Positions 37,745-52,990 of a stretch of 64,000 nucleotides of DNA are shown piece by piece (positions within the stretch are counted from its first letter, which is position 1; the number at the start of each line of letters is the position of its first letter). The DNA comes from Eledone cirrhosa (taxonomy: Eukaryota), in NCBI GenBank assembly GCA_964016885.1, contig OZ024746.1:24552001-24616000 (forward strand). Direction: 5' to 3'. The notes beneath the pieces were generated by a model. The model worked only from the letters and a program-made list of their open reading frames with translations, had not been told where the DNA came from and searched no databases. The position numbers and the translations under genes were made by a program.

Positions 37745-39570
37745 CTAGCAGTTTTGCCCGGCGTTGCTCGGGTTTATTCATTTGCTATGAAAAGTTACAT
37801 ACAGGTAAACGTAGCTTGAAAGCGAATAAGCTTATCAATTAAGTGCATAAAGCAGTTGAACCGGTTATTAAAAGTTACGAACCAATTAGCATTTTGAACA
37901 ATCAATAGCGAATTTAGCAGACCAAAGTTGCAAGATGGTGGCCCTGATACCTCTGGGTGTCACATCTGTCCGCTATGGGTGACCCTAACAGGAAATAGTT
38001 TTCCAGACGGCATAGCTCCAACACCTCCAACACCTGCACCAACATCTATAGCACCTCTTTGTAGGCGATATTGCGTGTCATACCTTAAGGAGTGTAAGCA
38101 AAAAGTGCATTCCTGCTCCCTACGTGAGAACAGGCAACATAAAGTTGACCATGGGAGAAGCATGGCTCCTCCAAATGGATGCCCGCCACCGACAATATTT
38201 GCCCTTGTGACTTGTTAATGGACATGGCAAAACATGGTCTCATCGGGAATTTGGATCGCCGGAAATCGAACGGGATATCTGACGCCGAGGGGAAAAGGTT
38301 CATCCTTGGAATAAAAATATTACTCTCTCCCGCACCACGTTACAATGGTGGCCTCAATAAAGTGGGGCGTCATTGACTTGACGACCATGCGAGTACCGTT
38401 GCACTGCTTTGATGGGCGCAAGTTCCTTATTAGCATAATGAAACGGCCAACCCTAAGCTTAAGAATGTGAGGTGGGAGCCCTGGAGGCGCAAGGGAATTT
38501 AATAATTCAACCGGATAATTAACGATATCGTCGGGGTCTGACGTCCGGTCGATAGATTTGAAGATGTGCTCTTTACCGGGAATTTTCTAAATCAGCTGCT
38601 CGTTAATAAAATTAACCATGGCATTTTTCGGAGCAAGGATGGGTCTTTCGCTGAGCCAATCGAAGTTTTTAAAGTTAGATGAGACATTAGGAAAAACTTC
38701 CTCCCAAAGGTCAGAAGGGCTGCTCACAATGTTACACAGGGAGTCGATTGCTATGCCGCCCTTGTCATCTGCAGGGACCTTGCCCTCACCAACTGCTAAA
38801 ATGTTCTGAGCAAATGCTGCAGACATGTTGTCACCATGCAAATGAGCACGCATATTTGTGCTCAGGTACAAAGTCTTCACCTGGGGCCACAACGTGGACG
38901 AATTAAGGCAGGTACGCACTTCATAAGCTCTTGTCCCTTTGGGGATGACAGGTAGCGTTTGCCGAAAATCCCCTGATAGCAGAATGGTTACGCCACCCAT
39001 AGGAGCCGTAGAATCCCTAATGTCTTTCAGAGTCTTGTCCAATGCCTCAAGGGAACCCTTGTGTGCCATTGTGCACTAATCCCAAACAATGAGGCAACAT
39101 TTTTTGAGAACCAGAGCCTCGTGTGAGCTCTTGCTGATATTGCATGTTGGTGTCTCAGTTTTTACTAAATCCAAGGGGAGTTTAAAGTGCTGTCCTGCCT
39201 CTCGGCAGCAAAGTAGCACCGATCTCGGACGATACAACGGCCAACGCAATTTTTTTCTCCTGACGAATCTTAGCAGGAATCAATTTTGTTACAAAAGTTT
39301 TTCCGGTACCCCCAGGAGCATCGAGAAAGTAAATACCCCCAGTCTGATTTTGAACCGCGTCAATGATAGTTAAATAGGCCAACCTTTGGTCCGACAGACG
39401 TTTGGGCTCATTTTCCTCTATGTATTGGGAAATAGATTCGATGTCATATACTGTTTCCCGCAACAAATCCGGGGCCAACGTGTTAGCTTCATCTGTGACG
39501 GTTGACGGCAAGCCATACGTCGCCAACTCACTCCCACCCATGTCGAGGAGGGCGCCCTCGATATCAATGA
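37745..39570 (-). mobile_element. Helitron remnant: degenerate PIF1-family helicase and canonical 3' terminus
   Basis: FLDAPGGTGKTF (Walker A), GDFRQTLPVIP, ILAPKN, FAMSINKSQGQ and FSHGQLYVACS motifs split over several frames; minus-strand end cccgagcaacgccggg hairpin, 8 nt, then CTAG|T at 37745. Rep domain and 5' end not seen. Confidence 0.92.
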
Positions 39571-41291
39571 GTGATATATATATAAACAAACATTCGAATC
39601 AAATTTGCTTTAAAATACTGTATTTATTTGCTGTTCTAAACTTATTGTCACGTTGCTCTTGAGCACTATTGGTAACATCTAACCCAGTACAACTTGCTGC
39701 ATGATCTGGTCGTCAGCGACTAGACTGGCAACCCTACCGAGCTTACTTTGTGAAGACGGTGATTTTTTGTCACCCCGCGTGTCAAAAATGAAAACCCGTC
39801 AAAAGTCGCATGAACTTAGGAGAGTCAACGGCATCCCATCATTCTCAAGAGAATTCTGCCTGATTTAGACTTGACTGGTTCTTTATTTTATTGATTCCCG
39901 GAAGGATGAAAGGAAAATTGACCTCAGTAGGACTTGAACTCGCTCCGCTGATTCTATAATATTCACATAAGTCGACAAATCTGGCTGAGTGGTATAATTG
40001 GTTAAGCATTCGAACCATTTTCACGTAGTTCCATGTTCTATCGACTCAGCTAGCCTCTTTATAAACTAGTCCCTGAATATAAGCAATGGTTCTTTTTGTG
40101 TGTCAGTTGGTAGGGGGGCGGGCATTCTGTCTATCTGATACCAAACTACTTGAAACAGTTCTGGGTCTGCTATACAAAGCTCTTTATTTTATTTAAAAAC
40201 ATTCCATCATAATTTTATGTAAGAACTTTTCTGAAGTTATGTTCCAAACACCAGCTTAATATCGATTGACAAGATATCAGACCTCATTCGCTTACCGAGT
40301 GGGTGGAACTCGTCAAATCAGACAAGAAACAATATTTTCATTGGTCTTTCTATTGGTCTTTCCTTTAGTCTTTCCATTGCTGCTACTGCCGGAACTCCTG
40401 GCAGAGAGAACAACGTGAAATAAAATGTCTTAAAGACATAGCACACTGTCCGGCCGGGAATTGATCTCGCAACCTCACGATTACGAATCCAATTCTCTAA
40501 ACACTAATCCACGTACTTACTCAGCTGCTATAAAGGTTAGTGAAATCATCAAATTCCCCGAAATTCTTGATTATTTTCAAAATTATTTGAACATTATAAA
40601 CAAGGTCTTTCATGGTTGCTGAGTTAAAGCGTTTCTATTTATCTCAAAAACCTTCTCTCATAATTTGATATAAGAACTTTTGTTAAGTTATGTTTCAAAC
40701 ACCAGATCAATATTGAGAAAGTTAACTATATTACTAAATTCTTCCAAATTCTTGATTATTTTGAAAATGATTTGACAATCATAGGCAGTCTGTTTCATAA
40801 GGAATCTGGTAATGAAAAGGTTAAACCATGCTAACGGGATAATCTGATTTAAGGGTCTAATCCACCCCCACCCCACACACAAATACACATATTTTCCGTC
40901 TTAACATTAATCAGTCATACGTTTGCCCTATTCTTTGTACTTTTGTTATTGTTTAGGATAAGGAGGGTGGAGATGGCACCTATGACCTTTTTAAGTGCCT
41001 CTGAGACATGTGACGGGTAACGGGTTAAATTCTTTAAAAATAGACATACATACATACATACATACATACATGCATGCATACATACATACATACATACATA
41101 CATGCATGCATACATACATACATACATACATACATACATGCATGCATACATACATACATACATACATACATGCATACATACATGCATACATACATGCATA
41201 CATACATACATACATACATACATACATACATACATACATGCATGCATACATACATACATACATACATACATACATACATACATACATACAT

Positions 41292-41905
41292 GGTGGCTGC
41301 CAACTCGTTTTCGAGTACGGCCACTACTTTATATCCATGTAGGAGAACCCCTACCGATGCGCTGAACGAGTGTGACTTTTTAGTCCAGCCAGCGACTTGA
41401 AAACTCTGGTACAAACACTACACTTGTGACAATTACTGACACATAGTGCTGGGCCCATGGTACCATGTGACGACAAGTGCAGAGGGATCTCCAGATATAA
41501 AGCAATGCCTGTGCCGTGAAGCTTTTATAGTGAGCAAAGGCACTGCACAAAGCCAGTCCCACTCTCTTAACCAAGATGATATTTACCAAAAAGAAGAACA
41601 AGTCAACATCATTGGATACCATCAGGGTTGCAGGTGTTATATCAGAGTTTTCCTTCTCCTAGAATTCTGCCTTGACAAAGGCTAAGGGGTCATCTCTCCC
41701 AGTGATTTTGGATGGCCATTGACTCTTAAGAGCTCCTTTGCCCTTTGACAGGTTTTGTTTTTAGTCCTGCAGGATGTCCAAAGTGACCCTCCTCACCAAG
41801 AAACCTTGGTGGGGTTGCCAGTTTAGTCGCCAACGACCCGACCATGGGACAGGTTGTACTGGGATACATGTTACCAGTAGCACCAACAGGTCACCAGTTG
41901 GTGCT
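41292..41905. mobile_element. Family D, longest copy, flanked by (TACA)n on both sides
   Basis: Homologous to 10749-11306; sharp boundaries against TACA arrays 41045-41291 and 41905-42085. Confidence 0.88.
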
Positions 41906-42056
41906 ACATACATACATACATACATACATACATACATGCATACATACATACATGCATACATGCATACATACATACATACATACATACATACATGCATGCA
42001 TACATACATACATACATGCATACATACATACATACATACATACATACATACATACA

Positions 42057-42088
<32 letters not shown>

Positions 42089-42125
42089 AAAACAGCATAT
42101 ATACACGTATAGATACAGAAACATA

Positions 42126-42160
<35 letters not shown>

Positions 42161-42164
42161 TAGC

Positions 42165-42227
<63 letters not shown>

Positions 42228-43372
42228 GGTGGTGGTAGTTCAGAGTGTAGAAAACTGGAATAAACACCCAGGCATTTAATCAACCGGTGCTCTGACGACT
42301 CCTTGAATTCACTGCCTGTGTGTCTTGAGTTCAAATCTTTCTGCCAGTAGTTGAGATCGACAGACAGTACCAGCAATGGAGAACCTTGCTCTCATCTGGC
42401 TTTTGACTCTTACTATTTTCATTTAACGACATCCTTGAAAACATTTAGAAATGTGTGTACACTTCGTTCGTTTGTTTTTTATTACTCTGTGGCAAATATA
42501 AGTTTCTTCAACAAGAAAATGGTAAGTATTATATTATATAATCTTTACGATTTGCAAACGGAAGAAAATTAATAAAAAGACTCAGGAAGGAGAGAAAAAC
42601 TCGAGATGTGCACACTGAATTACTCACTGCAACAGGAAATGTTATCTTCTAATAGTTTTGTGGTCAGCCAAGACATACACGGCATTGGTGTAGGTGATAG
42701 GGAGGCTAAGGCACTGGAATAGCCAAGCTCTCTCAATAGCACCACCAGATACTTCAGTGAGACGAGCCGCCAAAGATGATAAAAACCTGTGTCAATTGTT
42801 TTATCTGTGTAGACTTAGGGTTTAAATTGTGATTGTCCTTAGAATAAGAACTATAGCAACAATGATGTACATTAATGGTTTCTAATTTATACCAACCCCA
42901 GTACTTGACTGGTACTTTATCGACTTCTGAGGGATCAAAGGAAACGTTGGTCTTGTCAGGAGTCGACTTTAGAACGAGAAGGAGGAGCAAAAGGGGGGGT
43001 TGGAAATTAATGAGAGAGATCCTCACACCACTACCACCACCAGCTGCTTCTTCAAGTGCTGAGCGTTTGCTTTGGTTATATTCTAATCTAGTCTAATCTG
43101 GTGCTTGACTTTGGTCTCGTGACCATTGTTAAGCTCTTGAGAGAGCATTGACATTACCATCACCATCACCGTCATCATCGTCATTGTCATCACTATCGTC
43201 ATCACTATCGTCATCATCATCACCTACACCATCACCATCACCATTATCGACATCATCATCGTCGTCATCATCATCATTAACAACAGCAACACCAGCAGTA
43301 TCAGAATCAAGGAAAGGCAGTCTTAATGAGTGTGCGTGTGTGTTAATGAGTGTGTGTGTGTGTGTATATATT

Positions 43373-43513
<141 letters not shown>

Positions 43514-44173
43514 AGAGCTTAATCAGATTGTGTAAATAATGAAGTGTGCACATGCCAACCACACTTCCTGCAAGGATCAACAATTGCCAAGTTGATCCTC
43601 TTGTCTCCCGGAAATCAGAGTTCAACTAACACTGCTCTTTTTCTACTTGATATAAACCATTTAAAGTAAAGACACATCATTTAGTGGTTAGAGTGTATCG
43701 TACGGTCGTGATTTCGATTCACGGCGGCGCGCTTTGCCCTTGAGCAAGACACTTTATTGCACGTTGCTCCAAGTCACTGAGCTGTAAAAACATTAGTTGT
43801 ACCTTTAATTCAAATGACCAGCCTTGTCATACACTGTATCATGCTGAATTTACCGGAACACTACGTTAAAGGTACACGTGTCTGTGGAATGCTCAGCCAG
43901 TTGCACGTTAATTTCACGAATACGCTGTTCTATTGGTCAAACAACTGGAACACCCATCCTCGGAAACGATGGATGTTCAACACACACAAAGCATTTAAAA
44001 CAGACGTTTTTAAAAGTAACTACTAGGCAAGTTGAGAGCGAGGAATCTAAAGCAGTCGACATCTTGGAGACACGACATTTAAATCTCTAGACAACGCAAT
44101 TACCATAAAGGTATTTTTCCGAAAATTTACTGATTTTGCCGATTCACTGATATTGTTGATTGAATAATACATA

Positions 44174-44379
44174 CAAGGGTCGGCTGAAAACTTCATAAGC
44201 TGAAACATACATATGGTGACCAAGATACTCTCATGGAATAACCAAATGAGGTTTATTTTTCTACATAGTATCTGGAAATAAACAATTAATAAGAAGAGTT
44301 GAAATTAATGCATACAAGATTTCACAGCTCTAGCATCACTCCTTCATAGTTAGCCTATGAACTTTTCAGCCGTCCCTCG
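44174..44379. mobile_element. Mariner-type MITE, family M1
   Basis: TIRs caagggtcggctgaaaacttcataagct / agcctatgaacttttcagccgtccctcg; TA on the left, TG on the right. Confidence 0.82.
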
Positions 44380-45139
44380 TGTTTCTAACATTGGTGGATG
44401 CAGGTAAGGCTGACTGGTTATCAGATTCGTTTCGCAATTATGAGGTCTCGGGTTCACCCCCATTGCTCGGCAAATTAAATAGACATAAGCTGTTTGGAAG
44501 GCCGTCGAATCGATTTTAACCATAATTCAAAGTCCAGACGAGTTACATATTGTAACACACTGATTCGGCGTAAGGTAACATGTGTTAACACATTTATAAA
44601 CTAATTTAACGAGTAATTAGTTCAACTGATCGAATAAATGGAAGATCATCGTCGAAAGCGACGAAGGATTAATCATCATTTCTAATATTGGTACAAAAAC
44701 ATAACTGGTGGGGACGGGATATAGTCAATTAAATCGACTTCTCTACATGATTGGTATTTATCTTATCGATCTAGGGAAGATGAAAGGTAAAGTAGACTCC
44801 GACTGGTTTTCTCTCGGGGTTTGTGTGGCGTTCTCCAATAATTATATATTTCAAAGTTAATAATCTCTGGGGCTACTGCACCTCAATGGAATACTTCTAT
44901 TGCTCATTTATGTTAGATACACACTATATATTCTAATATTTGTAGGATTTCTGTGGGATCATGTCATCACTATGTGTTTGAAGGCTCATAATACCCGGGG
45001 TCACTGCTCTTCAAAGAAACACTGTAGCTGTTGGGGTTAACCCCCTTATCCGCCTTTAAAAAGGAAACAACACTAAGAAGATTAGTTCAGGATTCTCAGT
45101 CACAATCTGTTGCTTGAAAAATAACCTGGGCGACACCAG

Positions 45140-45800
45140 TATCAGGCGATTCGATCAACTCCAGTACTATATTTTATCGACCTGGGAAGGAGGAAAAATA
45201 TTAGTAATAATGATAATAATTGTTTCTTATATAGGCACAAGGCCAGCAATTTGAAGGGAAGGAAAAAGTCGATTAAATCGACCCCAGTGCGTGACTGGTA
45301 CTTTATTTTATCGACCCCGTTAGGATGAAAGGCAAAGTTAACTTCGGCGGGATTTGAACTCAGATCATTAAGGGCCGTAACTCTATGCTGCAAAGCATGG
45401 CGTCTGAACCTCTATCGATACTGACAATTCAGTAATAATGATAATAATGATTTCTACATTAGGCACAAGCCCAACAATTTGGGGAGAGGGGAAAGTCAAT
45501 TAAATCGACCCAGTGCCCTGCTGGTACTTTATTTTATTGACCCTGTAAGGATGAAACGCAAAGCTAACCTCGGTGGGATTTGAACTCAGAATGTAAAGTA
45601 ATGATAATAATAATTGTTTCTACTTTTGGCACAAGGCCAGCAATTATCCCAGTGTATTACTGGTACTTTATTTTATCGACCCCGTAAGGATGAAAGGCAA
45701 AGTTAACCTCGTCGGGATTTGAACTCAGAATGGCAAGGGCCGTAACTCTATGCTGCAAAGCATGGCGTCCAACCCTCTACCGATACAGCCAATTCCTATC
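45140..45800 (-). mobile_element. Cluster of 3-4 SINE family 1 copies
   Basis: Repeated actggtactttattttatcgacccc..aggatgaaaggcaaagt..ggatttgaactcag units. Confidence 0.85.
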
Positions 45801-46126
45801 TGTTCACCCTTCCCCAAATTAATAAATCAATCCGTTATGCCCCTAATATTAACAAACACCCACCCGTAGTGATGACATTCCACTGTAAGAGTCGACTGAA
45901 AGGTTTATATTATAAGTTGAACATAGCTGAACATACTGTCACAGATTTATCGTGGTGAAACCCCTTCTATTGAGGTCAATACATTTATCAAACCATTTCC
46001 CAACTACAACATACATACGTGGACAGCTCTAACATAAACTCTGACATACAAGCAAACACGTCCTCACCCCTCTCTCTCCCTCTCTTTCTCCCTCCTCTTC
46101 TCTCTCACGCACACAATATATATGTA

Positions 46127-46200
46127 CAGGGCGTCCCCAAAAAATGCATACACGTATTTATTAGAATGCTGTTGAAGTATGCATACATTTTTTGGATACC

Positions 46201-46203
<3 letters not shown>
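46127..46203. mobile_element. Tc1/mariner-type MITE, family M2 (77 bp)
   Basis: TA|cagggcgtcc...ggataccctg|TA. Confidence 0.75.
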
Positions 46204-46238
<35 letters not shown>

Positions 46239-46424
46239 TATGTGCGTCTGTATGGGACAAGCACCCTCATGATGGCACCCCGCTACATACGCACAAATCA
46301 AACATATGCGATATCGTAGGCTTGAAGGTATTTGTGGAATGAATTTCATCATTTATCCAATATACAGCCACTGACATATAGTCCCAAACAATACTACACA
46401 TACGTTACAAATACATTCAAAATA

Positions 46425-46622
46425 CGAGAGTCGGCTGAAAACCTCATAGGCTGACCAAGATACTCTCATGGAATTACCAAATGAGGTTTATTTTTCAACA
46501 TAGTCCCTGGAAAGAAACAATGCAGTTATTAATAAGAAGAGTTGAAATTAATGCCTGCAAGATTTCAGAGCTCAAGCATCATTCCTTCATAGTCAGCCTA
46601 TGAACTTTTCAGTTGAACCTTA
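46425..46622. mobile_element. Mariner-type MITE, family M1
   Basis: TA|cgagagtcggctgaaaacctcataggctgac...gtcagcctatgaacttttcagttgaacctta|TA. Confidence 0.8.
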
Positions 46623-46669
46623 TATAGCAGATACGTTAAAGTGTTGGATGTTTGATCCGAATTTCTGCG

Positions 46670-46785
46670 TTCTGAGTTGATGTATTTCTTGTTAATTGAG
46701 GTTTTGTTTAAGAGTTGCCACAAGCTGGGTAGTATCACACTATCAAAAGCTTTTGTGAAGTCAATGAAGGTGATGTGCACAGGGT
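46670..46785 (-). pseudogene. Short non-LTR reverse transcriptase fragment
   Basis: HITFIDFTKAFDSV..LWQLL matches LINE RT motif A. Confidence 0.7.
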
Positions 46786-47999
46786 GGTTTTTTGGGGGTT
46801 GGGGAACACCCTTATGGACTACTAAGTCAATTTAATTCTTATTAGGCTCCGTAACTAGTATAATTCCTTTCTGTAATCAGTATCAATGTATCAAAATTGA
46901 CGAGAACTTCCTTAACACAATTGAGCTCACGCTCCCGAAGAAGATTTTCTCCTTAACGTTTAACACTGTAAAACACAGAAAGATGTTCAGATATTCCGAT
47001 AAAGTGATTGAGAATATTTGATCGATTTTATTGATTTCGGTGATAAGAAAAGTACTGTCAGACCCTGCAGGAATTGAAATCGAGAAAAAAAAATAGAGAG
47101 TTTACTGTTGGTAAACCACATTTGAGCCTCGAGCATGGGTGTGTGTTTTAGAATAAACTTGGCGACTATGTAACTTCGGTTTCAATTCCACTGTGTGGAA
47201 CCTCCTGCCGGTGTCTTCTGCGTCGATCCGTCCAAATTTCACTTACAAAGTTTTGTGAATGCAATTTGGTCGCCGGAAACTGTGTGGAATCCTGCATTTG
47301 GGTGGTAAATTTAATCTTTTGACTCTGTTAAGAATCTGGTTCTTTAGCAATACCTGCGCTGACCTAAGGAGATATTCCTCTGTTCCTCATATCAGCCTCA
47401 GAGGGGTTGGAAATGGGCTATGGGCACTGTCCCATCATTTCTCGCTAAGAAATAACACGTGATTTAGCATGGTCGTATGGTTAAGAAATATGCTTTGCAA
47501 CCATAACATCCCGGGTTTTATCCCACTGTAGGTCATCTTGGGCAAGTGATATTTCCATAGCGTTGGGGGTGAAATGGACAGATATGTTACGCACTGTCAC
47601 GCCAAATCTCCCTGAGACTTACAGAATTGCATCAAGGGTGGGGGGATGACTGCGTAATGTTTAGTCACATGCAAGTTAATTTCATGAGCAGGCAGTTCCA
47701 TTGGTCAAACAACTAGAACATACATCGCCAGAACTGACGGAGGACCATCCACATCGATGATAAAATAAATAAATAAATAAAGAGATGAATAAGCAATTGT
47801 AAATTAGAGCAACATGAAGAAGAAAAGAAGAAAGAGGTAAACAAATTAAGAAAGAAAGAAAACGAAAACGAAAACAAATAAGTGGGTTAGATTTACTTTT
47901 ACATTTATTATACTGTAATTCATTGCTCCATTATATACATATTATTGTATACATACATGTATTTACACTTGTGTGTTTGTGTATATATATATATATATG

Positions 48000-48064
<65 letters not shown>

Positions 48065-48083
48065 TTATACTTATATATATATG

Positions 48084-48112
<29 letters not shown>

Positions 48113-48115
<3 letters not shown>

Positions 48116-48408
48116 ATATATAAGATCAAAAGATGGTTAAATGAGTTCCATGTATTTTATTATACGCATTTCAAAAACAAATATCATCATGCAATAACAT
48201 TTGTGTTTTCATCATTATTTTATCTGATGAAAACACAAATGTTATTGCATGATGATATTTGTTTTTGAAATGCGCATAATAAAATACATGGAACTCATTT
48301 AACCATCTTTTGATCTTATATATTATGTATACTCCAGTCCTACAAAACTGTAGAGTGCTTCTTATCCGATATTTGCATTGCTTTATTGTACTACAATAAA
48401 ACTCACCT

Positions 48409-48410
<2 letters not shown>
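48113..48410 (+). mobile_element. Fold-back insert in (TA)n, arms ~48113-48214 / 48225-48326
   Basis: ~100-bp inverted arms with one mismatch seen; the 10-nt spacer contains stem I of the hammerhead. Confidence 0.85.
48216..48286 (+). ncRNA. Minimal type-I hammerhead ribozyme with palindromic stem III
   Basis: tattttat-CTGATGA-aaacacaaat...atttgttttt-GAA-ATGCGCAT-A|ataaaata: perfect 8-bp stem I, long stem II, perfect palindrome ATGCGCAT. Confidence 0.85.
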
Positions 48411-48451
<41 letters not shown>

Positions 48452-48610
48452 GTGAAAAAAACGGGAGGATGTATCCAAAGTTGGTAGACCACTCAGTCCA
48501 AAGGACGCGTTCAATGTAGACTTTGTTCCACATCAAATTTAACAAACCACACTTGAGAACATGTGTCCTCAAGTGTGGTTTGTTAATTTGTTGTGGAACT
48601 AACTCTCTCT

Positions 48611-48659
<49 letters not shown>

Positions 48660-48814
48660 GCTCTCTCTCTCTCTCTCTCTCTCTCGCTCTCTCTCTCTCT
48701 CTTATATTATATATATTATATATATATATATATATATAATTCAAATTAAAAAAATATATGTATAGGGAGAGAGAGAAAAAGAGCCATATATCGTTTGAGA
48801 AACACATTGTATTT

Positions 48815-48934
<120 letters not shown>

Positions 48935-49043
48935 TTATGTATGTATATATTTATATATATATATCTATATATATATATATATATGTGTGTGTGTATGTTT
49001 TTATGTATGTATATATATATATATATATATAGATAGATATATC

Positions 49044-49091
<48 letters not shown>

Positions 49092-49231
49092 TGTGTATAC
49101 ATACATGTGTATGTGCGTATGCATACACATACTCACATACACACATACATACATACCTATATTGTGTTTATTTATCGATTTTATTTACCGTCCGGCGGTA
49201 AATATCCGATATTCATTATTATTAATTAATA

Positions 49232-49430
49232 AGGGCGGTGGATTAGCAGTATCGATAGAGGGTCGGACGCCATGCTTTGACGCATAGAGTTACGGCCCTT
49301 ACCATTCTGAGTTCAAATCCCGCCGAGGTTAACGTTGCCTTTCATCCTTATGGGGTCGATAAAATAAAGTACCAGTAATACACTGGGTATTTGCGGGCCT
49401 TGTGCCAATAGTAGAAACAATTATTATTAA
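49232..49430 (+). mobile_element. SINE family 1, near full length (others: 51913-52105 -, 55073-55210 +, decayed copies at 4560-4920, 16380-16565, 28330-28490, 30800-31045, 31260-31425)
   Basis: ggcggtggattagcag head, gagttcaaatccc B box, Nin/Deu-like domain, (ATT)n tail. Confidence 0.85.
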
Positions 49431-49544
49431 TTAATTAAAATGGCGACACTAATGTTTAAGAAAAATTCTAGATGGTTGAAATTGAAAAAAAATACTTGTG
49501 AAAAGTATATAAATTCGAGTGTAAACGTGCAAGTATGCTGTGTA

Positions 49545-49584
<40 letters not shown>

Positions 49585-49619
49585 CAGGCTCTCACATATA
49601 CATACATGCACACACACAC

Positions 49620-50055
<436 letters not shown>

Positions 50056-50070
50056 ATAATATATATATAT

Positions 50071-50101
<31 letters not shown>

Positions 50102-50217
50102 AAAAGAGAGAGAGAGAAAAAGAGAGAGAGAAAGAGAGAGAGAGACATAAATATACATATATTTATATATATTTGTGTATATTTTCCACCACGACCAGAA
50201 TGGAAAAATGTTTCTCA

Positions 50218-50264
<47 letters not shown>

Positions 50265-50569
50265 TCTATTCCCCCTGTAATCCGGAAAGAAGGGTGTACG
50301 GAGATATTACATGGGCCTAATTTTAAAACGTGGATTGGAATAAAAAAAAAAGGTTTGATGAACTAAACGAAATTAGTTTTGTTTGGGAACATTTGAAATA
50401 AGAAATCAAAGCAAATGTGATATTAACAAAAGTAGTTAAGGAGTTCAGTTAGCAACCACATGGTCTTGGGTTATGTCCCACTGTGTCGCACCTTAGGCAT
50501 GTGTCTTCTACTATAACATTGGGTTGACCAATGTCTTGTGAATGGAATTTCGGAGACGGAACCAAAAGT

Positions 50570-50652
<83 letters not shown>

Positions 50653-50753
50653 TCAGGTTATCAATAATGTAGTGATAATATATCGTTACGTTAGAGATGA
50701 ACAGCGTACGTGCAGGTTTGCTCAACGAGTATAAATTATATTCCGGAGAAATG

Positions 50754-51123
50754 TAGAAAGGATGAATATAAAATGAAAGTGCTTTTGTTAAAAAAGGAAT
50801 TTATTAGGTATTGACATATGTTTCTGTAACAGACCGAATACCTATGTATCGCTGCTTGCGTAATCATATAATGTTAGCAAGTATTCGATAGCAAATGTAT
50901 AATCAGTTGTCACTTCTTCAGAGATTTTGGATAAACTCAAGAGTTTATCCAAAATCTCTGAAGAAGTGACAACTGATTATACATTTGCTATCGAATACTT
51001 GCTAACATTATATGATTACGCAAGCAGCGATACATAGGTATTCGGTCTGTTACAGAAACATATGTCAATACCTAATAAATTCCTTTTTTAACAAAAGCAC
51101 TTTCATTTTATATTCATCCTTTC

Positions 51124-51125
<2 letters not shown>
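50754..51125. mobile_element. Apparently perfect 185-bp-arm palindrome with hammerhead-like motif (50958-51066 and mirror)
   Basis: 2-nt spacer at 50939-50940; CTGAAGA-a.gtgaca...tgttac.a-GAA-ACATATGT-C, then AATAAA and (TA)n; stem I pairs poorly. Confidence 0.75.
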
Positions 51126-51157
<32 letters not shown>

Positions 51158-51232
51158 GCGGTCGATGGTCTTTATGTGTCTTCACCCTATTTTATAGCAT
51201 CTCAGCGCTTCGTAAAAGTCCCAGAGATGGGC

Positions 51233-51329
<97 letters not shown>

Positions 51330-51406
51330 TATAAATTATGTCCTTAGAATCATTTGATAAAATATATACTCAATTTCCTCTCCCAATATATATATATATA
51401 TATATG

Positions 51407-51474
<68 letters not shown>

Positions 51475-52338
51475 TTCCGTTTGTGTCTATGTTTATGTCC
51501 CGTAACTTGGCGAAAATGAGATCAATTAAATTTAATAATGTGGTCGACATGATCGATGAGAAATCAAAGCGTTGCCCTAGCATGGGCACGGTGTAATTAC
51601 TAAAACCAGTAAAAGAATAGACGAATAAAAGAATATAAGAATATTATGTGGCAATTATACATAGTTGTCTGTGGTTGATCCTCGGGTGTTACAGATCCTC
51701 CTTATATATATATATATAGAGAGAGAGAGAGAATAGAATGAAACGAAATTTCATTTCTTACTCTTAGTACGGCACTTACTTAAATGTAAGTATGTATGTA
51801 TGTATGTATGTATACGTAGATACATATATATATACAGACGTACAGTAGTATGTATATATATACATACATGCACACATATATACATGCACGTATCGGTTTA
51901 CCGAACATTTATTATAATTGTTTCTACGTTAGGCACAAGGCCAGCAATTACCCAGTGCATCACTGGTACTTTATTTTATCGACCCCGTAAGGATGAAAGG
52001 CAAAGTCAACCTCGGCGGGATTTGAACTCAGATCGTAAAGGGACGTAACTATGCTGGAAAGCATGGTGTCCGACCCTCTACTGATACTGCCAATTCACCG
52101 CCCTTTATTATAATGCTCGGTTTGTTTGTTTGTAAACAAACAAACAGCCCGAATTACGCCGTACAGTGTTTAGGCAACCACGTGACCTACTGAACGTCTG
52201 TATACATATATGTATGTACGTATACATACATACATACTTACATTTATATATATATATATATATATATCACGATATCTTAACGGAGGCATAGGCCCTCGCT
52301 ATTCCCTTTCTCTCCCCTCTCTCTCTCTCTCTCTCTCT

Positions 52339-52406
52339 CTTAACCTAACTCTCTCTCCTTCACACACACTCTCTTTCACATACCCTCTCTCACCTTGTAG
52401 ATGTAG

Positions 52407-52446
<40 letters not shown>

Positions 52447-52540
52447 CTACATCTACAAGGTGAGAGAGGGTATGTGTGAGAGAGAGAGTGTGCGTGTGGG
52501 TGAGAGAGAGAGTGGGTGAAGGAGAGAGAGTTAGGTTAAG
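52339..52540. repeat. Inverted duplication centred on (TA)n
   Basis: cacataccctctctcaccttgtagatgtagaaat...(TA)n...atttctacatctacaaggtgagagagggtatgtg. Confidence 0.85.
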
Positions 52541-52546
52541 TGTTAA

Positions 52547-52604
<58 letters not shown>

Positions 52605-52758
52605 GAGAGAGAGACAGAGAACTTATATATTTGAGAACCAGGAATTCCATATTAGTCTAAGGAATTGGAAATGGAATTTGTCTTGACGAACCAATCTTCT
52701 TTCTGATTGGTCACCACCATCACTGATGGTAATGGTGGTGGTAGTGAGGGTAGTGTGA

Positions 52759-52818
<60 letters not shown>

Positions 52819-52839
52819 TAGTAGTAGTAGTAGTAGTAG

Positions 52840-52880
<41 letters not shown>

Positions 52881-52882
52881 GC

Positions 52883-52928
<46 letters not shown>

Positions 52929-52990
52929 GGTGTTGTTGCTGCTGCTGCTGCTGCTGCTGCTGATGCTGCTGCTGTTGCTGCTGCTGCTGT
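52759..52990. repeat. (GTA)n(GTT)n(GCT)n compound microsatellite
   Basis: Directly visible. Confidence 0.95.

Noticed and set aside
49232-49330. tRNA gene
   Set aside because: A/B-box-like motifs belong to a multicopy SINE head; no cloverleaf.
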